Shown one piece after another: positions 39,230 through 48,625 of a stretch of 64,000 nt of DNA. Where the stretch lies: assembly GCA_963816355.1 (NCBI GenBank), contig CAWFKH010000005.1, positions 340,074 to 404,073 on the forward strand, written 5' to 3'. The position numbers and the translations under genes are program-made. The notes under the pieces were generated by a model. That model had not been told where the DNA came from and did not search any database. It was given only the letters and a program-made list of their open reading frames with translations. The stretch's first letter is position 1; each line of letters opens with the position of its first letter. This DNA is from an uncultured Gemmatimonadales bacterium. Its GTDB lineage: Bacteria; Gemmatimonadota; Gemmatimonadetes; Longimicrobiales; RSA9.

Positions 39230-39886
39230 ATGCTCGCGCTCTACTGGTTCAGCCTGATCGTCGGCGGCGGCATTCTCGCCGTCTCCACGCTCGGCGACCT
39301 CTTCGGCGGCCACGCCGACGTGGCCGGCGGCCACGACCTCGACATGGGTGGCCACGACCTCGACGTCGGCGGCCACGACCTCGAGGCGGGCGACGGCGTG
39401 CAGGGGGCGGGTGCGGCGATGGGCCACGCGGCGGCCGGCGCGCACGGAGCCGACTCGACGCCGCACGCGGCGCGCATCCTGTCGCTGCGCACGCTCACCT
39501 ACTTCCTCTTCGGCTTCGGCGCGACGGGCCTGCTGCTTACGGCGTCGTGGGCGGGGTTCCGCCCGTTCCCGGCGTTCGTCGCGAGCGCGCTCGTGGGGGC
39601 GACGACGGGCGCGCTGAGCGTCGCGATCTTCGGGTGGCTGCGTCGCACGGAGGCGGGCGCGACGGCAGGCGAGGCCAGCTTCGTCGGCCTGCCGGCGCGC
39701 GTGGTGCTCCCGCTCGCCGCCGGCCGCTCGGGACGTGTCGTCGTGCGCCGCGGTGACCGCGAGTACGAGCTGCGCGCGCGGCCGTTCGAGACGGAGGCGG
39801 GCGATAGCGCCGGCTGGGGCGACGTCGTCATCGTGGACATGCGCGACGGCACGGCGTTCGTCGCCCCGCTCGAGTCGGCGCAGTGA
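39230..39886 (+). CDS. NfeD-like (YqiJ family) membrane protein
   Basis: TM helices plus a C-terminal OB-fold (GRSGRVVVRRGDREYELRARP). It lies upstream of a flotillin gene, the typical nfeD-flotillin pair. Confidence 0.7.
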   Translation: MLALYWFSLIVGGGILAVSTLGDLFGGHADVAGGHDLDMGGHDLDVGGHDLEAGDGVQGAGAAMGHAAAGAHGADSTPHAARILSLRTLTYFLFGFGATGLLLTASWAGFRPFPAFVASALVGATTGALSVAIFGWLRRTEAGATAGEASFVGLPARVVLPLAAGRSGRVVVRRGDREYELRARPFETEAGDSAGWGDVVIVDMRDGTAFVAPLESAQ

Positions 39887-39972
39887 CGCGGCTCGAACCG
39901 GCTGAGTGACGCGGCCGTGATGCACCGGGGCTCACCCTACCTCAATCAACGCGGCGCACGGGAGGCGCAGCC

Positions 39973-41295
39973 ATGATACAGACACTCGGCATGACGGCGG
40001 GACTGATCGTCCTCGTCGCGATCCTCGTCATCCTGTGGACCGTGAAGGCCCTCATCATCATCGTGCCGCCGAACGCGGCAGCGGTCATCACGGGACGGCG
40101 CCGCCACCTGGACGACGGCCGCGCCGTCGGCTACCGCGCGGTGATCGGCGGCCGCACGATCCGCGTACCGATCCTCGAGAGCGTCGACTACGTCTCGCTG
40201 GAGACGATCCCGCTCGAGATCACCGTGCAGAACGCGTTCTCGAAGGGGAACATCCCGCTCAACGTGCAGGCGATCGCGAACGTGAAGATCGCCTCGGAGC
40301 CGGAGACGGACTTCAACAACGCGGTCGAGCGGCTGCTGGGGAAGACGGCGGACGAGATCAAGCGGCTGGCGCAGGAGACGCTCATGGGCAACCTGCGCGG
40401 CGTCCTCGCCACGCTCACGCCCGAGCAGGTCAACGAGGACCGCCTCATGTTCGCCGGCAACCTCGCCGAGGAGGCCGAGAACGACCTGAAGAAGCTCGGC
40501 TTCAGCCTCGACGTGCTCAAGATCCAGAACGTCACCGACGAGGTCGGCTACCTCGACGCGATGGGCCGCAAGAAGACCGCGCAGGTGAAGAAGGAGGCCG
40601 AGGTCGCCGAGGCGGAGAACGAGTCCGAGACCCGCCGCGCCAAGGCCGCCGCCGACCAGTCCGCCGCCATCGCCGAGGCGGAGGCCAACATCCAGATCTC
40701 GGAAGCGCAGAACAAGCTCAAGGTCCGCCAGGCGCAGCTCCGTCAGGAGTCCGAGACCGCCGACAAGGTGGCCCGCGTCGAGGCCGAGCGCGCCGAGGTC
40801 GAAGCGCAGCGCGAGCTGCAGCAGCGCCGCACCGAGACCGAGCGCGAGCGGCTGAACGCCGACGTCGTCACGCCCGCCGAAGCGGAGCGCGCCGCCGCCG
40901 AAGCGCGCGCCCGCGCCGCCGCCGCCCCGATCCTCGAGAGCGGCAAGGCGCAGGTCGCGGTGCTCCAGCTCCTGCTCGGCCAGATCCGCGCCGGCGGCGA
41001 GCAGGGCTTCGCCGTCTTCCTCGCGGAGAAGCTGCCGCAGCTCATGCAGATGACGACGGAGGCCGTGAAGGGGATCGACATCGAGCGCATGGTCGTGCTC
41101 GACGCCGGCGACGGAAGGGGGCTCGGCAACGCCGCCAATCAGCGCGTCGTCGCCTCGCTCGCGCTGCTCGAGCAGTTCGCCGCCGCCATGGGGATCGACG
41201 TGACCGCCGTCCTCCGCTCCGCCGCCCACCGCATCGCCGACGGCGGCACCGGCGACGCGGGGTCGGGCGCCATCGAGGAGATCACGGTGCCCTGA
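39973..41295 (+). CDS. flotillin family protein (SPFH/band-7, YqiK-like)
   Basis: An N-terminal TM segment, an SPFH domain and a long coiled-coil with EA-rich repeats. Confidence 0.88.
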   Translation: MIQTLGMTAGLIVLVAILVILWTVKALIIIVPPNAAAVITGRRRHLDDGRAVGYRAVIGGRTIRVPILESVDYVSLETIPLEITVQNAFSKGNIPLNVQAIANVKIASEPETDFNNAVERLLGKTADEIKRLAQETLMGNLRGVLATLTPEQVNEDRLMFAGNLAEEAENDLKKLGFSLDVLKIQNVTDEVGYLDAMGRKKTAQVKKEAEVAEAENESETRRAKAAADQSAAIAEAEANIQISEAQNKLKVRQAQLRQESETADKVARVEAERAEVEAQRELQQRRTETERERLNADVVTPAEAERAAAEARARAAAAPILESGKAQVAVLQLLLGQIRAGGEQGFAVFLAEKLPQLMQMTTEAVKGIDIERMVVLDAGDGRGLGNAANQRVVASLALLEQFAAAMGIDVTAVLRSAAHRIADGGTGDAGSGAIEEITVP

Positions 41296-41433
41296 GCCGG
41301 CGACCGCGGGTGGGGGACGGCGCAGCGCCCCACCCGCTCCGCCCGCCGACCGTCATGCCGGCCACCGTCCGGCTCCGTCCCGCCGCCGGCCCGCCCGCGG
41401 CCGGCCCGCCGCGCGGCCGCCCGCCGCGTCGCC

Positions 41434-41778
41434 TCAGGACGCGAAGAGATCGTCCGTCCGCGCGGCCATCACGAAGTCGTTGCGGTGCAGACCGCCGATC
41501 GCGTGCGTCCACCACGTCACGGTCGTGCGGCCCCACTCCGTCAGCAGCGCGGGGTGATGGCCCTCCTCCTCAGCCAGAGCGCCGACGCGGTCCGTGAACT
41601 CCAGCGCGCGTGCGAAGTCCGGAAAGGTGAAGACGCGCTCCAGCCGCTCCTCGCCGCCGCGCTCCACGATCCGCCATTCGGGGATCTGCGGCAGCAGCAG
41701 CGACTTCTCCTCCGCGTTCACCGCCGGCGCGTCCGGCCGGCAGGCGACGCAATGCTCGAATTCCAGTGACTTCGCCAT
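41434..41778 (-). CDS. phhB: 4a-hydroxytetrahydrobiopterin dehydratase (pterin-4-alpha-carbinolamine dehydratase)
   Basis: A 114-aa product matching the family ([109 protein letters not shown]). Confidence 0.8.
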   Translation of the reverse strand: MAKSLEFEHCVACRPDAPAVNAEEKSLLLPQIPEWRIVERGGEERLERVFTFPDFARALEFTDRVGALAEEEGHHPALLTEWGRTTVTWWTHAIGGLHRNDFVMAARTDDLFAS

Positions 41779-41893
41779 CGTTCCTCCCGTTCGATCGATT
41801 CCCGCCCCGCTCGGCGACCAGATCCGCAGCCGTCGCACGCGGCGTCCGCGGCCGGCACGCGGCGTCCGCGGCCGGCATGCGGCTTCCGCGGTC

Positions 41894-43255
41894 TCAGCCG
41901 CCGACGTCGACGCTCTCCCCCTCTTCCGCGACGCTGCACGACCAGTGCAGCGTCTCCTCAATGCGGCGCCGCAGCGCGTCGGCCGCCTCCGGCTCGCCGT
42001 GGGTCAGGTAGGTGTGACGCGGCGGCGCCTCGAAGTGGCCGAGCCAGGCGATCAGCTCGTCGGCGTCGGCGTGGGCCGACAGGCCGTGCAATGCCACGAC
42101 CTCCGCCCGCACCGGCACGTGCTGGCCGTGGATCTTGATCGTCTGCGCGCCCGCGAGCATCGCCGCGCCGCGCGTCCCTGCCGCCTGGTAGCCCGCGAAG
42201 AGGACCGTGTTGCGGTGGTCCGGCGCGAACACCTTCAGGTGATGGATGACGCGGCCGCCGGTCGCCATGCCGCTCGCCGAAACGACGATCATCGGGCCGC
42301 GTCGCCGATCCACGGCCTTCGACTCCTCCACCCCGTTCACGATCTGGACGTCCGCCTCCACGTCGCGCCACTGCTCCGCCGTGAGCCGGTGCTCGTCCGG
42401 ATAGCGCGCGTACAGGTGCGTGACCTTCGTCGCCATCGGACTGTCCAGGAAGATCGGCAGGCGCGGGATCGCGTTCTCCGCCGCCAGCCGGTGCAGGTGG
42501 TAGAGCAGGACCTGCGTGCGCCCCACGGCGAAGGCGGGGATGACGACGACGCCGCCTCGCGACGCCGTCCTCCGCACGACCTCGCCCAGCAACGCCTGCG
42601 CGTCCTCGCCGCCGTGCGTGCGGTCGCCGTACGTCGACTCGAGCACGAGGTTCGCCGCGTGGCGCGGCTGCGCCGGCGGCAGCAGCACCGCGCCGTCCGG
42701 CCGCCCGAGGTCGCCGCTGAAAAGGACCTCTCCGCCGCTCGCCCGCAGCCGCACCAGCGAGGAGCCGAGGATGTGGCCCGCGCGCTCGAGGTGCGCCGTG
42801 ACGCCCGCCGCCACCTCGAAGTCGACACCGCGCTCGACCGCCCGGAACGACTGCAGGGACTGCCTCGCGTCCGCCTCCGTGTAGAGCGGCAGGGCTGGGT
42901 GGTGCCGGCTGAAGCCATGGCGGTTCGCGAACTCCGCCTCCTCTTCCTGCAGGTGGCCGCTGTCCGGCAGCAGGATCGCGCACAGGTCCCGCGTAGCCGC
43001 CGTGCAGTAGATCGGGCCGCTGAAGCCCTCCCGCACCAGCAGCGGCAGGTACCCCGTATGGTCAATGTGCGCGTGCGTAAGCACCACCGCGTCGATCGAC
43101 GACGGCTCGACCGGAAACGGCCGGCGGTTGCGCAGCCGCAACTGCTTCAGGCCCTGAAAGAGGCCGCAGTCGACCAGCACCCGACGCTCGCCCGCCTCGA
43201 CCAGGTATTTCGACCCGGTCACCGTGCCCGCCGCCCCGAGGAACTTCAGTCGCAT
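41894..43255 (-). CDS. MBL-fold metallo-hydrolase with beta-CASP / RNA-metabolising C-terminal domain
   Basis: It carries [13 protein letters not shown] (HxHxDH) plus beta-CASP motifs. The ATG at 43255 is preceded by GGAGGTGG. Confidence 0.85.
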   Translation of the reverse strand: MRLKFLGAAGTVTGSKYLVEAGERRVLVDCGLFQGLKQLRLRNRRPFPVEPSSIDAVVLTHAHIDHTGYLPLLVREGFSGPIYCTAATRDLCAILLPDSGHLQEEEAEFANRHGFSRHHPALPLYTEADARQSLQSFRAVERGVDFEVAAGVTAHLERAGHILGSSLVRLRASGGEVLFSGDLGRPDGAVLLPPAQPRHAANLVLESTYGDRTHGGEDAQALLGEVVRRTASRGGVVVIPAFAVGRTQVLLYHLHRLAAENAIPRLPIFLDSPMATKVTHLYARYPDEHRLTAEQWRDVEADVQIVNGVEESKAVDRRRGPMIVVSASGMATGGRVIHHLKVFAPDHRNTVLFAGYQAAGTRGAAMLAGAQTIKIHGQHVPVRAEVVALHGLSAHADADELIAWLGHFEAPPRHTYLTHGEPEAADALRRRIEETLHWSCSVAEEGESVDVGG

Positions 43256-43312
43256 CGCGCCACCTCCCCGCGCCTCCGTGGATGCCGTCGTCGCCGCACG
43301 CTCACCCGTCCC

Positions 43313-43395
43313 CGCGCCCTGGCCCGTCGGCGCGCCCTCGCTCGTCGCCGCGCCCTGGCCCGTCGGCGCGCCCTCGCTCGTCGGCGCGCCCTCGT
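43313..43395. repeat. 33-bp direct repeat x2 (CCCTGGCCCGTCGGCGCGCCCTCGCTCGTCGCCGCG)
   Basis: Read directly, just upstream of the MBL hydrolase start. Confidence 0.5.
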
Positions 43396-43405
43396 TCATG
43401 GGGCG

Positions 43406-43636
43406 CTACCACTCCTCGATGTCCGGCTCCCAGTCGTCCCAGAAGCGCTCCTCCTCCTCCCGGATCGACTCGCGATCGAGCGGCTCCTCCCCCGCTTCGA
43501 CCGGATCGCCCCGCTCGATGCTGCGGACGACGTCGTCCGTCACCCTCGGCGCACCGCCCCGCCCCGCCCGCGCCCGCGAGCGGATCAGCCATCCCCCGAT
43601 CACCGCCAGTGCCGCCGCACCGATCCAGAAGAACAT
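43406..43636 (-). CDS. hypothetical small protein (76 aa: one TM helix plus an acidic Trp-containing tail)
   Basis: It is the C-terminal segment of ORF 43406..44314 (MFFWIGAAALAVIGGWLIRS...EEERFWDDWEPDIEEW). The upstream part of that ORF is antisense to the repeat array and is treated as spurious. Confidence 0.35.
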   Translation of the reverse strand: MFFWIGAAALAVIGGWLIRSRARAGRGGAPRVTDDVVRSIERGDPVEAGEEPLDRESIREEEERFWDDWEPDIEEW

Positions 43637-43669
43637 GCCACGGAATCTGCCGATCCTCGGCCGGGACGC

Positions 43670-44280
43670 AAGGCGCTCGCCTGGCGGCGAGGGAAGCTCG
43701 CCTGGCGGCGAGGGAAGCTCGCCTGGCGGCGAGGGAAGCTCGCCTGCGGCGAGGGGAGCTCGCCTGCGGCGAGGGCCTCGCCTGGCGGCGTGGGAAGCTC
43801 GCCTGCGGCGAGGGCCCGGGCTCGCGCCGGGGGAAGCTCGCCTGCGGCGAGGGTCGCGCGTCGGCCGGCCTCCCTCGCGCAGCGAGCTTCCCCCGCGCAG
43901 CGGGCCCCGGCGCAGCCGGCCTCCCTCGCGCAGCGAGCTTCCCCCGCGCAGCGGGCCCCGGCGAAGCCGGCCTCCCTCGCGCAGCGAGCTTCCCCCGCGC
44001 AGCGGGCCCCGGCGCAGCCGGCCTCCCTCGCGCAGCGAGCTTCCCCCGCGCAGCGGGCCCCCGGCGAAGCCGGCCTCCCTCGCGCAGCGAGCTTCCCCCG
44101 CGCAGCGGGCCCCGGCGCAGCCGGCCTCCCTCGCGCAGCGAGCTTCCCTCGCGCAGCGGGCTTCCCCTGCAGAGCAGGTCCCCGGCGAAGCCGGCTTCCC
44201 TCGCGCAGCGAGCTTCCCCGGCGGAGCCGGCTTCCCTCGCGCAGCAAGCTTCCCTCGCGCAAGCGAGCGCCACGCGCAGC
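43670..44280. repeat. composite palindromic hairpin-repeat array: A-orientation units (43670-43860) abutting B-orientation ~57-bp units x5-6 (43870-44280)
   Basis: The left half is GGCGAGGGAAGCTCGCCTG units. The right half is CCTCCCTCGCGCAGCGAGCTTCCCCCGCGCAGCGGGCCCCGGCGCAGCCGG units, which is the same family as 29930-31195 but with no gene between the halves. Confidence 0.8.
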
Positions 44281-44315
44281 GAGCTCTCAACGTTCTCCCC
44301 AACCAGGGCGTCATT

Positions 44316-44885
44316 ATGGCGATGACGGAATCGGACGGTCGACTCGTCGAGCGGGCCCGTACGGGCGACGCGGCGGCCTTCGAGGAGTTGGTGAGACGCC
44401 ACCTGCGCGGAGCCTACGCCGTCGCGCTTGCCGCCCTGGGCGAGCCGGCCGATGCGGAGGACGCGGTCCAGGATGCGTTCATCACGGCCCTCGAGCGGCT
44501 GGAGGAGTGTCGCGAGCCGGACCGCTTCGGAGCGTGGGTCCTGCGGATCGCGCGCAACCGGGCGCACAGCCTGCGCCGCCGCCGTCACGTGCGGCAGGCG
44601 CAGCCGCTCGACGAGCTGCGCGCCGCAGCGACGGAGGACGACCCGCTCGCGGAAGCGTCGCGCGCGGAGACGCGGGAGCGACTGATCTCGGCGCTCGACG
44701 TGCTGAGCGATACACAGCGGGAGGTCTTTCTGATGCACGACCTGGAGGGCTGGCGCCACCGCGAGATCGCGGACCGAATGGGGCTGCCCGAGGGCACCGT
44801 GCGCTCGCACCTGTTTCACGCCCGCCGCGCGCTGCGGCGGACGCTCGGACCCGGCATGGCGGAGGAGCTCGATGACCGACACTGA
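44316..44885 (+). CDS. RNA polymerase sigma-70 family ECF sigma factor
   Basis: A 189-aa product with region 2 (AFEELVRRHLRGAYAVALAALG...DAVQDAFI) and region 4 (SDTQREVFLMHDLEGWRHREIADRMGLPEGTVRSHLFHAR). Confidence 0.88.
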   Translation: MAMTESDGRLVERARTGDAAAFEELVRRHLRGAYAVALAALGEPADAEDAVQDAFITALERLEECREPDRFGAWVLRIARNRAHSLRRRRHVRQAQPLDELRAAATEDDPLAEASRAETRERLISALDVLSDTQREVFLMHDLEGWRHREIADRMGLPEGTVRSHLFHARRALRRTLGPGMAEELDDRH

Positions 44886-45261
44886 CCTGACGCCTCTCGA
44901 CCCGCTCGGCAGGGGAGCGCGCTTCGAGTCGCTCGTCGCCGGCATCATGGCCGCGGCCGGCCCCGAGCTCGCCCGGCGTGCCGGGCTGCGCGCCACGCCG
45001 CTGCTCGTGCTGACCCAGTGGACGCGGCCGATGCTTGCCGCCGCGGCGGTGATCGCACTCGCGTCCGCCGCCGCGCTCGGCCTCGCCGGCCGCGGCGCGG
45101 GACCCACGACGATGCAACTGGCCACGGTGGTCGCGGCGCCGACACCCGGCATGGCGGAGGCGCTCAATGTGCCCGCGCCCGTCGACGCCTGGATCGCAGG
45201 GGACCGCGACCCCACGAAGGGGGACCTCATCGCGGCCATCGAACAAGGAGGAGGACGGTGA
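44872..45261 (+). CDS. putative anti-sigma factor (membrane-spanning)
   Basis: It overlaps the sigma gene by ATGA. The 129-aa product has a central TM segment (MLAAAAVIALASAAALGLA). Confidence 0.6.
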   Translation: MTDTDLTPLDPLGRGARFESLVAGIMAAAGPELARRAGLRATPLLVLTQWTRPMLAAAAVIALASAAALGLAGRGAGPTTMQLATVVAAPTPGMAEALNVPAPVDAWIAGDRDPTKGDLIAAIEQGGGR

Positions 45262-45689
45262 TCACCGGCAAGGATGCCCCGCGCCGCACCCGCTGGCTCG
45301 GCTTCGGCCTGCTGCTCGCGACGTTCCTCGTCGGCGCCCTCGCCGGCGCCGCGACGATCCGCGTCGTCAGCGCCCGCGAGCCCACCGCGGCGCAGCGTCG
45401 CGATCGGGACGACGCGCGCGGGCAGAGGAATTCGCTGCTCGACCGGCTCGACCTGACCGCCGCACAGCGCGCGCAGGCCGATTCGATCCTCGAGCGCCGG
45501 CACGCGCAGCTCGACGCGTTCTGGAAAGACCACGGACCGTGGATGCGCGCCGTCGTCGACTCGACGCGGCAGGAGATCCGCGCGATCCTCACGCCCGAAC
45601 AGCGCCAGAAGGAGGAGCGCATCCGCGCCGAGCGACGCGCCTATTACCATGACAGGGACCATGATGGCACCGGGAGGAGACCGCAGTGA
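45258..45689 (+). CDS. periplasmic LTXXQ-motif protein (Spy/CpxP/ZraP-like)
   Basis: A GTG start is preceded by GGAGGAGGA. It has a signal/TM (WLGFGLLLATFLVGALAGAA), then LTAAQRAQADSILERRHAQLDAF and LTPEQRQKEERIRAERR. Confidence 0.6.
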   Translation: MITGKDAPRRTRWLGFGLLLATFLVGALAGAATIRVVSAREPTAAQRRDRDDARGQRNSLLDRLDLTAAQRAQADSILERRHAQLDAFWKDHGPWMRAVVDSTRQEIRAILTPEQRQKEERIRAERRAYYHDRDHDGTGRRPQ

Positions 45690-47020
45690 TGGAGCATAGA
45701 CGCACCCGACGACGCGCGCTGCTCGCGCTCGCCGCCGCGGCCGCGCTGATCGCCGCCGCACCCGTCCTCGCCCAGACCGAGCCGGGCTCGCCGCAGCCGG
45801 GGGACAGCATCTCCCTCGACGACGCGGTGCGCCTCGCGCTGGAGCACAGCCCGACGATCGCGCAGAGCGAGGGCGCGGTGCAATCCGCGGCCTGGGGAGA
45901 GCGCGCCGCCATCGGCAACTTCCTCCCGTCGCTGTCGGTCAACTCCGGCGCCTCGAAGGCGAGCACGCAGCGCTTCAACTCGCAGACGAACACGATCACG
46001 AGCGGCTCGTCCGACAGCTACTCGGCGAGCGCGTCGGCGTCGATCGACATCTTCACCGGCGGCCGCCGCATGGCGGAGCTGAAGCAGGCGAAGGCGCAGA
46101 CCAACTCGGCCGAGGCGAGCCTCGTGCAGCAGCAGTTCCAGACCGTGCTGCAGACGAAGCAGGCGTTCTTCGACGTGCTCAGCGCGGACGAGCTGATCCG
46201 CGTCGCGAACTCGCGCATCGAGCAGGCGCAGGAGGCGCTCACCGCCGCGCAGCGCAGGTCCGACGTCGGCACCGCGACGCGCTCCGACGTGCTGCGCTCG
46301 CAGCTCGAGCTGACCACCGCGCGCAGCTCGCTGCTGCAGGCGCGGACGACGAAGAAGACCGCCACCTTCGCGCTCGGCCGCCTCGTGGGCACCGAGGGTC
46401 CGGTGGAGGCGCTGGGCGGCACGCTTGACGAACCCGCTCCGCTGGCGCTGCCGGACTCGCAGATCGTCGCCCTGGTCGTCGGCGACGCCCCCACGGTCGT
46501 CGCCGCCAAGGCTGCGGTGAGCTCGGCGGACGCCTCGGTGCGCGCGCAGCGGGCGCAGTACCTGCCTTCGGTGCGGCTGTCGAGCGGCTATGACTGGTTC
46601 AACAACGTGGCCGCGCTCGCCAACGGCACCAAGAGCTGGTCGATGCGGCTCTCGCTCTCCTACCCGATCTTCAACGGGTTCCAGCGCGAGCAGTCGAACG
46701 CGCAGGCGAGCATCGACGCCGACGTCGCCCGCTACAGACTGGAGGACACGCGGCGCCAGGCGCGCGCGCAGGTCGCCAGCCTGCTCGCCTCGCTCGAGCT
46801 CGCGAACGAGCAGGTGAACCTCGCGAAGGAGGCACTCGCGGTCGCGCAGGAGGACATGCGCGTGCAGGAGGAGCGCTACCGCCTCGGCGCGTCGACGATC
46901 CTCGACCGCATCACGTCCCAGATCAACCTCGTCCAGGCCGAGACCGACCTGGTCGACGCCAAGCACAACTACCAGATCCAGCGCGCGCAGATCGAGGCGC
47001 TGGTAGGAAGGGAACTCTGA
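45686..47020 (+). CDS. TolC family outer membrane efflux protein
   Basis: A signal peptide and two TolC repeats, 444 aa. Confidence 0.85.
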   Translation: MMEHRRTRRRALLALAAAAALIAAAPVLAQTEPGSPQPGDSISLDDAVRLALEHSPTIAQSEGAVQSAAWGERAAIGNFLPSLSVNSGASKASTQRFNSQTNTITSGSSDSYSASASASIDIFTGGRRMAELKQAKAQTNSAEASLVQQQFQTVLQTKQAFFDVLSADELIRVANSRIEQAQEALTAAQRRSDVGTATRSDVLRSQLELTTARSSLLQARTTKKTATFALGRLVGTEGPVEALGGTLDEPAPLALPDSQIVALVVGDAPTVVAAKAAVSSADASVRAQRAQYLPSVRLSSGYDWFNNVAALANGTKSWSMRLSLSYPIFNGFQREQSNAQASIDADVARYRLEDTRRQARAQVASLLASLELANEQVNLAKEALAVAQEDMRVQEERYRLGASTILDRITSQINLVQAETDLVDAKHNYQIQRAQIEALVGREL

Positions 47021-48621
47021 TGATCGGACGCAACGGAGACCGCGCCGCCGAGCGGCGGCCGCGGCGGGAGCGGCGTCGGCTTCGCTCGCTGCTCGCCGCC
47101 TCGCTGCTCGCCGGCACCGGCGCCCTCGGTGTCGTCGCGTGCGGCCGCAACGCCTCGGGCGAGCAGAGCCCGGCCGCCGAGATCGCCACGGTCGAGAAGC
47201 GCGACCTCAACGTCGAAGCGGAGGCGTCGGGCACGATCGAGCCGATCCGCGTCGTCGAGGTGAAGTCGAAGGCTTCGGGCGAGATCCTGAAGCTGCACGT
47301 CGACACCGGCGACAAGGTGGCGCAGGGCGCGCTCCTCGCCGAGGTCGATCCGCGCGACGTCCGCAACGCGCTCGACCAGGCGAAGGCGGACCTCGCCGTC
47401 GCCGAGGCGAACTACGACACCAAGAAGGAGCAGCGCGAGCGCGAGCAGCAGCTCCTCGCCGCCAAGGTCGTGACCGAGCAGGAGTTCGAGTCCTCGAAGC
47501 TCGACGAGGCGACCGCCCAGGCGCAACTCGTCAAGGCGCGCACGAACCTGCAGCTCGCCGAGGAGCGCCGCGGTGACGTGACGATCCGCGCCCCGCTCGA
47601 CGGCACGATCATCGAGAAGGACGTCGAGGTGGGCCAGATCATCGCCTCCGCCAGCAACAACATCTCGGGCGGCACGACCCTGCTCAAGATGGCCGACCTC
47701 TCCGAGATGCAGGTGCGGACGCTGGTCGACGAGACCGACATCGGCCGCATCCGGGCCGGCCAGTCGGCCACCGTCACCGTGGAAGCCTACGCCGGACGCC
47801 GCTTCGTCGGGACGGTCCTCAAGATCGAGCCGCAGGCGGTCCTCGATCAGAACGTGACCATGTTCCCGGTCCTCGTCCGCCTCGACAACCGCGAGGGGCT
47901 GCTCAACCCCGGCATGAACGCCGAAGTCACCATCGAGATCGCCAACCGGCCCGGCGTCGTCGCCGTGCCCAACGCCGCGGTCGTCAGCCCCCGCGACGCC
48001 GCGGCCGCCGCGGCGACGCTCGGCCTCGACCCGGCGACGCTGCGCAGCGCCTTCGCCGGTGGCCCGAACGGCCGCAACGGCGACGCCGCGCAGGCCGGCG
48101 GACAGCGGAGCGGCGCCGCGAGCGCGGCCGCCGCTCCGGCCAGCCCGGGCGCCGCCGGCACCGTCGCGTCGAACGGCATCCCGTCCGAGTGCCGCGGCCT
48201 GCGCGAGAAGATGCAGGCGGGCAGCCTCTCCGAGGCGGACCGGGCCCTGATGGAGAAATGCCGCGCCGCCTTCCGCGCCGCGCGCGGGGCCGGCGGCGGC
48301 GGCGCGGACGGCGCCTTCGGCGGCGCCGGCAGCGGCGCGAGCGGCGCGGGCGCGCAGGTCTCGGAGAGCGGGGTGGGCGTGACGCCACGGCCCGGCATCG
48401 TCTTCGTCTCGGGCGCCCAGGGCCCCGAGCCGCGGCGCGTCATGCTCGGCCTCAACGACTGGGACTTCACGGAGGTCCTGCGCGGCCTGGAGCCGGGCGA
48501 CAAGGTGATCCTCATGTCCGTCGCCCGCATGCAGCAGCAGCAGGAGGAGCTGACGAACCGGATCCGCCAGCGCGCGAGCGGTCCTCTGGGCGGCAGCAGC
48601 GGCGGCCGCAGGGGACGGTAG
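47020..48621 (+). CDS. efflux transporter periplasmic adaptor subunit (MacA/HlyD family)
   Basis: It has a signal-anchor, coiled-coil hairpin and lipoyl/beta-barrel motifs (VKSKASGEILKLHVDTGDKVAQGALLAEVD). An extra Gly/Ala-rich insert follows. Confidence 0.85.
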   Translation: MIGRNGDRAAERRPRRERRRLRSLLAASLLAGTGALGVVACGRNASGEQSPAAEIATVEKRDLNVEAEASGTIEPIRVVEVKSKASGEILKLHVDTGDKVAQGALLAEVDPRDVRNALDQAKADLAVAEANYDTKKEQREREQQLLAAKVVTEQEFESSKLDEATAQAQLVKARTNLQLAEERRGDVTIRAPLDGTIIEKDVEVGQIIASASNNISGGTTLLKMADLSEMQVRTLVDETDIGRIRAGQSATVTVEAYAGRRFVGTVLKIEPQAVLDQNVTMFPVLVRLDNREGLLNPGMNAEVTIEIANRPGVVAVPNAAVVSPRDAAAAAATLGLDPATLRSAFAGGPNGRNGDAAQAGGQRSGAASAAAAPASPGAAGTVASNGIPSECRGLREKMQAGSLSEADRALMEKCRAAFRAARGAGGGGADGAFGGAGSGASGAGAQVSESGVGVTPRPGIVFVSGAQGPEPRRVMLGLNDWDFTEVLRGLEPGDKVILMSVARMQQQQEELTNRIRQRASGPLGGSSGGRRGR

Positions 48622-48625
48622 CGCC

